A DNA stretch of 64,000 nucleotides from Paramoeba atlantica (taxonomy: Eukaryota; Protista; Discosea): NCBI GenBank assembly GCA_977017575.1, contig CDRNVI010000012.1, positions 682,001 to 746,000 of the forward strand. Direction: 5' to 3'. Each line of letters begins with the position of its first letter. Position 1 is the stretch's first letter. The translations under genes and the position numbers were made by a program. Below the pieces are notes generated by a model. It made no database searches. It was given only the letters and a program-made list of their open reading frames with translations, and was not told the DNA's origin. Shown here one piece after another: positions 22,401 to 33,769 of the stretch.

Positions 22401-23478
22401 CAGATCTGCCATCACACATCACATGCCCCGGCTGCAGAATTCTTCTTGACTCCGATTCAATCTTGACACACATCATGGGCTGTACAAAATGCGGTGGTCT
22501 CAATGCCACGACTAAACACAACACTCTGGTCAACTTCATTTACGAACTCTGTATGAAAACAGGCATTCCGTGCGAAAAGGAGCCCCGTGCACTGTCAACT
22601 TTCCGCTGCACACAATGTAACGAGATCGTTAACCCCAATCACCGAAAACTTCACGAGAAAACGTGTGGTGGGCGGTCGTTTCATCGGTCCGGTCCTGACA
22701 TTGTTATATATTGGGCAACCGGCGAGATATACTACGATCTAACAGTCATCCACGAATTGGCACCCTCAAACCTTGACACAAAGTGTGCACATTTATTCCG
22801 CGACGCCTGTCGACGAAAACATGACACATACGTCAAGACCGGGAAGATCATGGCTGAAAGCTTTCAATGTATTCCTGTCCTCTCAGGGGGTGCAATGCAT
22901 TCAAACACGAAGGCTCTTATGGATGCTCTCGCAGATGCCTGTGGAATGCAACGCAAACGCGTTTATGCCGAATTTCAGCTATTGTTGCAGGAGCTTAATG
23001 GGGCGGTAGCATATTCACAGCTGAGTCGATACCTTCGCAAGGAGGACAAAAGTCGGGAATATGCTTTCTAAAGCACGGAACAATGCGCCTTCGCCAGTGC
23101 ACTGATTTCAATTCGCTGAGAATCTAACGCTGAGAATCTAAGAACATATAATATAAGAATGAAAAAAAAACTATAAAAGTTTACGAAAAGAATTGCACAA
23201 TGGAAATTTTGATTTTACTTGAACTTGAATATCGTGAAGTTCTGCCTGATTGACATTCCATGTGCCAGGGTTGTAGTTATATTCTCACAGTAGTCAAAAA
23301 AAAATAAATTTTGAACAGATAGCCGAGGCCAGACGCAGACGGCGACGTCCACTGAAAGAAAACCTTGTGTTTCGGTTGCCGGTCACCAGAACATATCTGG
23401 CGCAATTGTCCCAAGCGCTTTAATCAGGATTTTCGCTCGGGGGTGGCTGGCCCTGCCGCAGGCAGCAAGAGTTTATGA
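16439..23478 (+). CDS. gag: YR2 gag-like ORF in two pieces (16439-17248 and 23374-23478)
   Basis: Rejoining at the duplicated TTGTGTTTC gives CFGCRSPEHIWRNC (CX2CX4HX4C) and the ending GSKSL*, matching YR3 gag GGKSL*. Confidence 0.78.
17444..17650. repeat. Two adjacent 18-bp minisatellite variants
   Basis: (GAAGACCTTTGTTTTTTT) about x4 at 17444-17517; TTAAGACAACGTTTTTTA and GTAAGACCATCGTTTTTT units at 17571-17650. Confidence 0.88.
18567..19049. mobile_element. MITE (non-autonomous DNA transposon), 483 bp
   Basis: Terminal inverted repeats GGGGGGACCTTCGATGAA(T/G)CTTCATCGAAAG; flanked by TA on both sides (or CTA if the right terminus is one C shorter); no ORF. Confidence 0.82.
19350..19810 (-). 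mobile_element. Solo YR footprint (A-spacer-B), near-identical to YR3 termini
   Basis: Matches 50297-50757 apart from a few substitutions; removal restores CAG GAA G|GT ACG in frame. Confidence 0.93.
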
Positions 23479-26400
23479 CTAAACCCCACCCAAACGGCCA
23501 GTACTATAATTACATTCAAACGAAAACAAACAAGCCTTTTTACGCAAGCCCCGAAGCGGAGGAGAGTGGAATGCAATTTGGTTGTGAAGGATGTTCAGAA
23601 CTTAAGCGGGAGGTGCGTGCAATCCGAGAGTATTTACGGCGGAACTTTGAGTCTACAGCAGGCGTGTCCAGCACGCTTCAAATTGGTGAAATTGTTAATG
23701 AGGGTGTCCACACTGACACCGGAAATACGAAACGCATTGGATGCCATGGGAGAGATGTGGAGCACAACAACGTGGCAAGCGAGGGCTCGCTTGTGGGAAA
23801 GACTGACAATGTTTTGTCAGTGGAGGGGAATAGAGGTCACCCCAATTCACGCGGTCGCATTTATCGCAAGTTTGCCAATTCGAATCCAAGCAAAGTTAAC
23901 GTACGCACGCAGCCTTGCATCAATTCTCAACCTGGCAGGGCAAGTGGTGAATCCTCTGCGCTTCTACGTAAAATCATTGATGGCCGAGGGGGCGACGGAG
24001 CCGCTACGCCAGATGACCCCATTGACTCTGACCGATCTAAATCAACTGTGGCTCCATCTACCGGACAGCGAAAGACATACCTTGCTACTTTGTTGGAAGG
24101 CAGCAAGTCGGTGGTCAGAGACGGCAGTGTTGACCCGAGACAAGTTTCACGAGATATCGCCTACCAGGATAGTGATTTGGTGGGGGCGCCACACAAAAAC
24201 GTCTCGCTTCAATCCTTACCGCCCGTCAATGTATACGGTAGTGGAAGGTCCGGGAACGAGCCGGCTGGCGAACTATATTTCCAGACTTGGGGGGTACCAG
24301 CCAATGTCTCGAACAACGGTATCCGAAGCGGATCGCCAAATAAGGCGCATTTTGGGGGAAGGATTCGGGACGCACTCTGCCAAGAGGGGGGCGATAACTC
24401 AGTTGTTCGCCGAGGTCGCAAAGGGGGGTACGAGCCTCGAGGAAGTACAGCGGTTAGCGAAGCATCAGTCGCTGGAGTCACTCCTAAGATACAATGCAGA
24501 CCCCGCTACGACGGCGCTAGCGCTGGGTACGCAGAACGCGACAAGCCGGTTAAACATAATGTAGACGCTGATTTAGTTTTTCGCAAGTTTTTGGAGGACA
24601 TTCCTCACGAGAAAGTTCGGCATACGATCACACGTACACGACGCACTTCGAAAGTAGCGCTCCCAAAAGATTTTTCCATCCCATTGCATGTGAGAAAAGG
24701 TATTCCACGCATTGAAGTGCAAGCCCTCAGGAATATGATGAATGAGACTGCGGGAGCTCGATTCGATGAGACGTGGAATACGTTGTTATCTTTACCAGGG
24801 GTGGCATCTCGGGTTCCCACATATCGATCTTTCTTGCCGGAGGGAGATGTAAAGGAGTTGGTCGACGCGGGTTTCGTTTCGCGTGTGGATGCAGAACAGG
24901 AGAGTAGTCGCCCCACGATGGATTGGGTAATCCCTTTCACTGTTGTTGAACCGGCCGATGATGGCTCCGAGAGAAGACGTTTTATTGCATGGACACAGGA
25001 GGATAATGAGCGGATTAAGGAGAGTTACGTGCCATATGTTCCTGTGAGACACGCAGCTTTCTATCTACACCGCGCGAAGGAACAGAGTGCGGTGAAGCGT
25101 GATCTTGCGTGCGGATTTTGGCAGGTCGCAATTCCGTTATCATGCCGTCAAAAATTTCGTTTCGTGAATAAAATGGGGGACCTGTATGAGATGACGGTGA
25201 TGCCGATGGGCCACCGGTGTGCACCGGAGCTGATGCACGCATTAACTGCAACGCTGGCTGGAGATAGAGAATATTGTGAGAACAAGATGGCGTTTTTTCA
25301 TGGAGGCCTCGATACTTATATCGATGGAATTCGATTTGCAGGGAATGACAAGATCACAAACGACTTTGCGCGATTCGTGGACGATAGGATACAACATTGC
25401 CGCAGCCGAGCTCACCACCAAGTCAATCTGACAAAATTATGGCAAATAAACCCTCCTTCTATGATACCCTTGCGGCGCACTTCCCTTCACGGTTTCCAAC
25501 GAGAGCCGCACGTAACCGTCGACCGCTCCATTCTCCGCCGCTTCTGAACTCCTCCGCCCCCTCAGCTCTACCGCGCCCTATGCCACCCCCGCTCGCCTCA
25601 CCACAGCTAATCCGACTGAGCCCCTCTCCCCCAAAAGGTGCTTCAACGGAGACGCCTCAGCCGCCTAAAGGATTCTCGCACCGCAAGGATCACGAGATGG
25701 TCACGCCACAAAGAACAATACCAGTTGCGGTTTCACGAAAAGATTCAGAATTTCCACCATCGATCTCGTCGACAAACGTTTCGCCAAACGTCGCATCAGA
25801 ATCACCAAACATCAGGTCTCAGAAAACCATGAAAATTACAATTTCAAAGTCAAACATTCGGAGGCAAACGTTCAACGATTTGTGGACACGCATGCAGAAA
25901 GAAAAACGAGAAGCTCAGCGAAAGAACGCCTCGGTAGCACCGCGCATAGTCCAATCTTCTCCTATTAGCAAAACTCCGTATCAAGTAAATGGATGGAGTT
26001 CCATTATCACGAAATCGTGCGGCATGGCAGCGAAAACGTGCGGCGCAGCTGTCTCAACTTTGACATCGATTGCAAGCAGTCAGCAAAGCAATCAGCTGCC
26101 TCAACTTCCTAATCGCAGCCACAGTCCATCACCAGTGAAACTGCGAAACGAGGATGATTCAACTCGGATAAGGATCCAGAATGTGACAGCGGAAACGACA
26201 AATGGAACTGCGGTTACATGTCATAAATCACATCACGGGAATTCTCAAGTGAACACGAATACCCCGCCGACGGTAGCAAATGACGCCAATGAAACCAACA
26301 TCGAGATGCATCCAGATCCCAAAGACCCTCGATTTGAAGGCTACAGATGGATCGGTAATGGTTACGTGCACGACGTTCACAATTTTGATGTTTTCTCTGA

Positions 26401-29400
26401 AGAGCCGTCTTCCCCATCAGATGAGCCACGTCAGTTTTTTGAGTGCAACACTCCCGAAACTCCCATGAAAAAAACGAACCAACGTGATCAGCTTCTCTCT
26501 CAGTTGGGGTCTCCATCAAGTCCCAAAATCGATGCGGAATTACCCGAGCGGGAGCCAAATGCAACGAAGTCACAGAACGAGAAAAATTCAGCGATCATGT
26601 TTATCGGAATAGACCCAAGCACAGAGGAGAATAAATCCTTTGACCTGATGAAGAATGTAACGCCCGAGTCACAATTTCCGGCCTCGCCGGATGAGATTTG
26701 GACGCATTCGAAGCAAATCAAACCGGGCGCAATGTGTACAGTGGCCTGGACATTTAACAAACAAGGTGCGCTTAACATCTCAATAGGCAAAGTCACTCGA
26801 ACACATAGTAAGCGTGGAGGATTTGGTAAGTTATCTTTTTTTTTTTTTTTTTTGTGGCTCCAGCTTCATGCTCTTCCAAAAGTTCATGTACAATGGACTC
26901 ACAAAGACGCGTTTATTTTTTTTTAGTCGATCAATGATTTAGTCTTTTTTTTTACGACTTTAACGTCTTGTTGTAGTATACAATGGCAGTATACAATGTT
27001 GCTGTATACTCAAAATAATAGTTTCACGTGTTTTCCGTTCCTTTATTTATTCACATGTTACTCAAAAAAGCAAAACAGTAATAGCCGAATGCTGAAAGCA
27101 GCGAAAAAGTGACGACTCAAAGCAGCGAAACGGTGATAACCCAAAGCAGCGAAACAGTAACAACCAAGAGCTGAAAGCTGCGGAACAATAATCACCAAGC
27201 AGCAAAAAGAAAATAACCAAAGGCTGAAACCTAACCAAGCAGCGAAACAGTAATCACCAAAGGCTGAAAGCAACGAAACATTATTAATATCTATCTCGTA
27301 TCGGGGCGTTGTTGGTCACAAAGTTGGGGAACAATTTTCCGGGGTTTTACCTCCACAAGAGGACGTACGGATCTATAAACTAGCGTGGCATCAAGCGCCG
27401 CCAGCGATCGATACTACTGTGCAAAGGGATGCGTTTCTGGAGAATCATCAGATGAACTTTCCAGAAAAAGCCAAAGATGATTCATCAGTGGATTTGTTAC
27501 CAATACCCACGCTACGTTCAATAAGCCCTGACCTCGCTCCGTGTGTTGTCGTGGTGCTGAGGAACATCGTCCAGGAGTATATAAATTCCGATCACACGCA
27601 AAGAACAAAAATATGGCACCGTTTGCTATCAGCCATTAAGTTATCCCTAGCGACTGTTCGAGAAAACAGTGGAAAAAGGCGAAGACGGCGCCCGTTACGG
27701 GAGCCGTCTGACGGTGAACGAAAAGAGGAGACACTGAGCGATACACGGGCCATCAAACGAGCGACAAGGCTAGTATTGGAAGGATGTACTTCCAAGGCAG
27801 CCAAGGTCTTGGATCAGACCTTTACACCAAAGCAACTAACGGATGAAGAGACCCTTGACAAGCTTGCCGCATTACATCCGCAAAGACAATACGAAGTTTC
27901 TTTGCCGGAGGATGCGCCGATAATTAGCGGAATAATGACGGAGGAGCTACGGAAAGCTGGGAAGCGACTCGCAAAAGGCGTAAACCCTGGCCCAACTGGA
28001 ATGACAGACGGGATTGTGCAACTCATGCTCGATGATGAGATCTCATGCACTAATCTTGCCCATATGATATCGGATCTAATCAACGGATTCGTGGATCACA
28101 GCGTTTTGTTTCGATTAAACCGAGCACGGCTCGTAGCCATTCCTAAATCCAACGGAGGAGTCAGACCAGTGGCAATGGGCGAGATATTTATGAAGCTTGC
28201 CGGCGTTATATTGCTCCAGCGCTACGAACACACTTTGGGCCCTCTTTTTGCACCACTGCAACACGGCGTTTCGTCAAAGGCAGGATGTGAAAAAATCGTT
28301 CATAGACTGCATGAGCGTCTTAAGTCTGGACACGTCATTCTTTCCATTGACGCCAAAAACGCCTTCAACTCCCCGAATAGGGCGGATATTGCCAAACACG
28401 TATTTGCTTGTGGTACACTACGCCCGTTTCAACGGATCTTTCACGCTGAATACGGCCAACCCTCAGAGCTACTGTATTACGGATCCGATGGAACGCTATT
28501 CGGAGTCATTCCCAGCACATGTGGTTTGCGGCAAGGTTCCCCGCTGGCATCTCTATACTACTGCGCCTTCCTGCAGCCACTATTGGAGATTCTGAAACAA
28601 GAGTTTCCCGACATCGAAATATATGCGTTTATTGATGACGTGAACATGGCTTCGAAAAACCCACAATCATTGGCCAAAGCATTTGTAAGGCTCCAAGAAA
28701 TGGTGAATGCTCACAACATTGAACTTGCTCCTGGAAAATGCGTGTGGTTCGGTGGACAGGAAAAAATCCCGATTCCAGAACAGCTTGCAAATGAAGGGGT
28801 CAAGGCTGCGTACGGTTCTATAAAGATCCTTGGGGCACACCTTGGAGAAGACGAATCTGTAAAGTCGGGTTTGTTTCAGCAGCTTGTCAGGAATACCGAA
28901 GCCTTTCGCCGATTAAAACTTATGGGCGCCAACAATGTCTCACTTTTGCTACTTTCCAAAAGCATGAATGTGAGGCATCAATACGCCATAAGAGTGCACG
29001 AGCCAACGTTAACCGACGCGGTCTCTCTCAGTTTCGACAACAACGCCGAAAAAGTGCTGCACCAGTGGTTGGGAGAAATGACCAAAGAGCAAATCGAATT
29101 GGCTCGGCTGCCGCTAAAGAAAGGAGGCCTCGGTCTGACATCATGTCATAGTATTCGTGCGGCGTCATACGAAACTTCTCGTTACCTAGCTCTAGAGCGC
29201 AAAAACTCAATTTCTGCTCGGGCGGGCAATGTGAGTAACGTATCCGCTATCATGGATAATGGAATGAGTCAAACAGCAGTGGTCGCCCCAATTGATGAAG
29301 TAACAACAGCCGCGCAATTGCACCAGAAAGCATACGAGGCTTTAAAGGATCACGATCCCAAGCTAGCCACAATATTAAATGCCACCACACGGAAAGGAAG

Positions 29401-31197
29401 TTATGACTGGTTACAGTCTAATGCTAAATTTGTACCCACGCGTGCATTTCAGATTGCAATCATGACACGCCTTGGGATGCCTCATCCTCGACTCCCGAAA
29501 TCGCTGCTGTGCCCCGGCTGTCGTATGTTACTCGACAACAAAACAGCTTTGCAGCACATCCCCGGATGTGTCCAATGTACAGGGCTTAATGCCACAGTAA
29601 AGCACAATCGGCTGGTTAAGTATATCTTCGATTTGGCGCAAAAGGCCGGTATACAATGCGAGAAAGAACCGCGATCTTTTTCGACTTGGCAATGCGGAAT
29701 TTGCAAGAATAAAGTGTTTCCAAGCAACAAAATGATTCATGACAAAACATGTGCCGGACGTCAGCTGTTTCGCTCAGGGCCGGATTTGGTGATATATTGG
29801 TCAACCGGGGAAATATTTTATGATCTAACCGTGGTGCACGAGCTATCGAACTCCAATCAAGTGAAATCTTGTTCCCAGCTTCTTACAGATGCAATCAAGC
29901 GGAAACGGGATACATATGTGACATCCGGAAAAATTCCCGACTTCGCATTTCAGTGCATCCCAGTGCTGTCCTGCGGCTCTCTTCATCAAAATACGAGATC
30001 TCTGTTGCATGTCCTATCCGACGCGGCACTCTTAAATCGTCGAGCAACTGAAATGGAGTTCAAGCTCCTACTTCAGGAACTTAATGGGACGGAAGTGTAC
30101 GCCCAGTTGCGGAACCACTTATCCCCGGAAGGCAGCAGCAGGTACAGCATTTGAGCCAAATGTATCAACATAGTTTCGCTTTTCAATGCCTATATTAAGA
30201 GTTTACGAAAAGAATTTTAGGAAGTGTGCAGTGGTTAACGTGTTTCATGCACGCACCAACCAGTGCAATCTTGAATACATCTTTAGCATATACTGCACTT
30301 TTACGCATAAACTTTACGTGTAATGTACTTTTGTTTCGTTATTTCATATAATATTTCTTAGAAGAAGATTCTTAGGACGATAGAGCGGAGCGGGTGAATG
30401 CCTTGTTTAAGGATCATGGTCTTCCACCTGAGCAGCGGTACACATTCAACGGTATAACATATCACCATCGTGAGGGGAAGGTATCACTGGGACCAAAATT
30501 GACCCGCAGATTAGAGCATGATGAATTTATTGGTGCTACGTATTCATCGTTAGAGGCTGGTGTCGGACGTCTGGTTTTTGCCTCAGGTGTCATGGGTGTG
30601 AATCTACCTCAATATCATCTGGAGTTAAAAATTGTGCGCCGGAGAATCAATAGGTTAAATCGAGAACCCGAACTGCTCGATCAAATAGTGCCCTTGCCAA
30701 CGCCAGTACGGGTTGCGCTAACTGAGTGGCGCGATACCCTTTTATATCGATCGCCGGTGGTTCCGCTTCCGCATCCGGAAACAGTTCCGCATCGGCACAT
30801 TTTATGTACAGACGCCTCCTCGAAGGGTTGGGGGGCAGTTTTATATCTGGATTACGGACAAATGTTGTGCACTGGATCTCAATGGCCCCCTGATTTCGAG
30901 TATGAAGTTAACCGCGCGGAAGCGCGGGCTGTTCGCTTGGCCTTTCAAAAATATGGTCATCATTTCAACTCGGATACATGCGTCGACCTGTATGTTGACA
31001 ATACTTCGTGCGTTGCTGCGATAAATAGAAAAATGCCACGTTCAGACGGTATAACTTCTGAGCTACGCCGGTTGTTAGATTTCTTAAAGCGTAAAGGTGT
31101 CGCCGTTCAGGCACAGTATATTTGTTCGAACGAAAATCCGGCCGATCCTTATAGTAGACTCTGCACGGTAGACTCGGATAAAGCAGATGTCATGTAG
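23475..31197 (+). CDS. pol: YR2 pol in two pieces (23475-25387 and 30384-31197)
   Basis: In-frame rejoin FVDDR|AERVNALFKD across the 9-bp duplication GGACGATAG; RT motif YIDG, RNase H motifs CTDAS and ENPADPYSR. Confidence 0.88.
23566..24564 (+). CDS. Tyrosine recombinase of YR2
   Basis: CWKAASRWSE, HSAKRGA, HQSLESLLRY (R...H-x-x-R...H...Y). Confidence 0.9.
   Translation: MECNLVVKDVQNLSGRCVQSESIYGGTLSLQQACPARFKLVKLLMRVSTLTPEIRNALDAMGEMWSTTTWQARARLWERLTMFCQWRGIEVTPIHAVAFIASLPIRIQAKLTYARSLASILNLAGQVVNPLRFYVKSLMAEGATEPLRQMTPLTLTDLNQLWLHLPDSERHTLLLCWKAASRWSETAVLTRDKFHEISPTRIVIWWGRHTKTSRFNPYRPSMYTVVEGPGTSRLANYISRLGGYQPMSRTTVSEADRQIRRILGEGFGTHSAKRGAITQLFAEVAKGGTSLEEVQRLAKHQSLESLLRYNADPATTALALGTQNATSRLNIM
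25388..30374 (+). mobile_element. REL-C: CRE-like element inserted in YR2 pol with a 9-bp TSD
   Basis: TSD GGACGATAG at 25379-25387 and 30375-30383; ORFs 25397..26836 and 27293..30154 rejoin (GFGKLS|ISYRG); full RT and REL motifs. Confidence 0.9.
26837..27292 (-). mobile_element. 5'-truncated polyadenylated 3' UTR copy with degenerate AAAGCAGCGAAACAGTAATCACC-type repeats
   Basis: Reverse complement of about 41985-42422; T-run at the left end; short TATCT duplication at the flanks. Confidence 0.75.
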
Positions 31198-33649
31198 TCG
31201 ACTTACTTTGAATTTGAAGATACGATACCAAAAAAAAAAAAAAATGTAGCAGTGAATATCGAGAAGCACGGGCACGGTGAGCGATACGGAATTTCCTTAT
31301 GATTTATTTTGGCGGAGTAGGCACCGCTGAAATACATCAACGTGCGATTGGGTTGTAAATGGAAGTAGGACGAGCGAATGGGTGGTCCCCGCGTCACCCG
31401 TTCGCAAGCTGGGAGAGGACAGAAGTGTTGTGGGATTATTTAATTTTGTTATGTTATGACCGGTCATACAGTATTCATATGAATTTTGAATGTGCATAGA
31501 ATTGAACGTATCAAATATCAGATAGAAGAGGGGAATGAAGATATTGTTTTGCTTAGTGCTTTCTTTCTTTCTTATAATATTTATGATGCACAATTCTCAT
31601 AGTTTACGGAGAGAATTGGGCGAATAAATTATTTACGTTATACCAGTTTATCTATTGTGTGATGGCCGAGGGGCATTGTACCTGTTGTAAGAATTCAACT
31701 GATTTGATATATACACCCCCCAGATGTAACCCCATGTGTATACAGACGAATATGACGTTTGCTATGGTGATTATAAATTCAAGACTTTATTTCCTTTGTT
31801 AATTCGCGACAGTTAAAGTTTCCCCACCCGCCAAACCCCCTAACCACTCCCCGCGTCACCCGTTCGCAAGCTGGGAGAGGACAGAAGTGTTGTGGGATTA
31901 TTTAATTTTGTTATGTTATGACCGGTCATACAGTATTCATATGAATTTTGAATGTGCATAGAATTGAACGTATCAAATATCAGATAGAAGAGGGGAATGA
32001 AGATATTGTTTTGCTTAGTGCTTTCTTTCTTTCTTATAATATTTATGATGCACAATTCGGCGCATACATCGGTGATCCAGATTGTATCAGTCAGAAACTT
32101 TGTGACATTCTACAGAAGCACCAATCAGCATTTCGTAGACTAAAAAAAATGGGGATCAACAATGTGTCCACTCTACTACTATCAAAGTGCGTAAACATCA
32201 GACACCGTTACCACATTCTGGTACATGATCCACAACAAACTCTGGATATGGCCTCTGATTTCGACGCAGAAGTAAATAAAACCCTCAAGGCTTGGCTAGG
32301 CAACCTCACGGACCGACAGATATCTTGGCTACGTCTACCGACGCGCAAGGGTGGACTGGGAGTCACCCCCATCGAACCACTACGTGAATCTTCGTACAGC
32401 GCTTCAAAATTTGCTGCTCTTGAGCATCGAAAACCCTCTTCAGCTCCGGCAACCCAAACGATGAATGCGCCAACTCCGGTTGATGGTGATTCTCGCGACC
32501 CCTACATCAATTTCGATGAGCAAGCTAGTGAAGCAAAATACCACAACAAGGTCCGTCAAGCCTTAATAGAGGAAAAAACACTTGCGCCCATCATCAAACT
32601 AGCGTCTCACAAGGGTCAATACGCTTGGCTCACATCCAAAGCTCGTCTAGTGCCTAGTTCAGCATTCAAATTATCGATTATGCCGAGATTCGCACTACAC
32701 CACCCACAAATCCCGGACGATGTTCAATGCCCTGGGTGCAAAAGTCTCCTTACGTCATCTACCATACTAAATCATATCCCTGGGTGCGCAAAATGTGCAG
32801 GAGTAAATGTGACAACCAAACACCACGCCTTAGTTCGGTACATCTATGAGCTTTGCTTGAAGAGTGGCCTCACCTGTGAAAAAGAACCTCGGCAATTTTC
32901 TTCATTTCAGTGCTCCGGATGCCAGAATAGTGTAACCGAGGAAAATCTCACAGAACACCAGCGCAGCTGTCGCGGCAGTGTCCGCAGATCTGGGCCCGAC
33001 CTTATGATCTACTGGGCAGACGGTCCGATGTATTATGACCTAACTGTAGTTCACGAGTTTTCAGCAGCTCACATAAACAAAACGCCTCAAAAAATGATGA
33101 ACGAAGTCATCACGAAGAAACGCGACCGTTACGTAACTTCTGGGATGATTGCGAATGATCGTTTCATGTGTATCCCTGTCCTTTCGGGTGGAGCGCTACA
33201 TAAGTATACAAAACGTCTATTAACAGCTTTAGCAGATCGTTGCCTTATTTCACGGCAACATATATTAGAAGACTTTGCCCTGTACCTCCAAGAACTGAAC
33301 GGGAACATAGTTCTGTCGCAGATGCAAAAATATTTAACTCCCGACAAGGAAGAACAATACACCATATAAGTTCAGACAGTGGACCAAAAGAGATGATCTC
33401 CCTCTCGTTTTTAATCAGACAGGAAAATGCATGTTTGTTCTGCTATTAAAGCTAGTTTGCAAAAAAAAAACGAGAACGAAAAACTATACGAAGCCACCAA
33501 TACTGTGGAAAACAGAGTGATGCGGAACAAAAAAAAAAGTGGTGGAAAGTTGTATTCTATTCTTTTGAATACTTTATATCCTTAATGTTATGTTATGTTA
33601 TGTGTTCAGGTTAATACAAAAAAAAAGTTTATAATAATACCAAAGTGAA

Positions 33650-33703
33650 AAGGTACAGAAACTGTATCTTTAACGATAAAGATACAGTTTCTGTACCTTG
33701 TTG
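33650..33703 (+). other. SL exon (33668-33703) with a fold-back inverted duplication (23-bp perfect stem, ACGA loop)
   Basis: AAGGTACAGAAACTGTATCTTTA-ACGA-TAAAGATACAGTTTCTGTACCTT. Confidence 0.9.
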
Positions 33704-33754
33704 AAATTTAGGGTGATTGATATAATGGCCCTTCGGGGCACATAATATTTATAT
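33704..33754 (+). mobile_element. YR1-type A-repeat fragment joined to the SL
   Basis: Matches 11331-11381 with one mismatch; the genomic copy is preceded by TTTAG. Confidence 0.85.
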
Positions 33755-33769
33755 CTAAACATGAAGCAA

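Larger units (their letters stand above)
17249..23364 (+). mobile_element. REL-B insertion block (CRE-like element, coding 17671-23071, plus flanking fragments) inside YR2 gag
   Basis: MGMLTRAKAKE start; RT and REL ORFs 19942..21342, 21255..21794, 21659..23071 with frameshifts in A-runs (possibly sequencing errors); flanked by TTGTGTTTC at 17240-17248 and 23365-23373. Confidence 0.8.
16177..32058 (+). mobile_element. YR2: split-direct-repeat YR retrotransposon carrying two nested REL elements
   Basis: A1 16177-16403 = A2 31597-31823; B1 31386-31596 = B2 31848-32058; spacer 31824-31847. Confidence 0.9.
9128..33470 (+). mobile_element. REL-A: full-length SL-capped CRE-like element split by YR1 and YR2
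   Basis: Coding pieces 9186/9379-11313, 15436-16176 and 32059-33369 rejoin in frame (VNGN|LSKD; IKIL|GAYIG). RT motifs RPIAMGE, GVRQGSPL, AFIDD; REL motif RSGPDL..YDLTVVHE; A-run at about 33462-33470. Confidence 0.88.

Noticed and set aside
31381-31396. tRNA primer-binding site (TGGTCCCCGCG at the B1 start)
   Set aside because: It is not downstream of the 5' repeat, YR elements are not known to use tRNA primers, and it cannot be matched without the host tRNA set.
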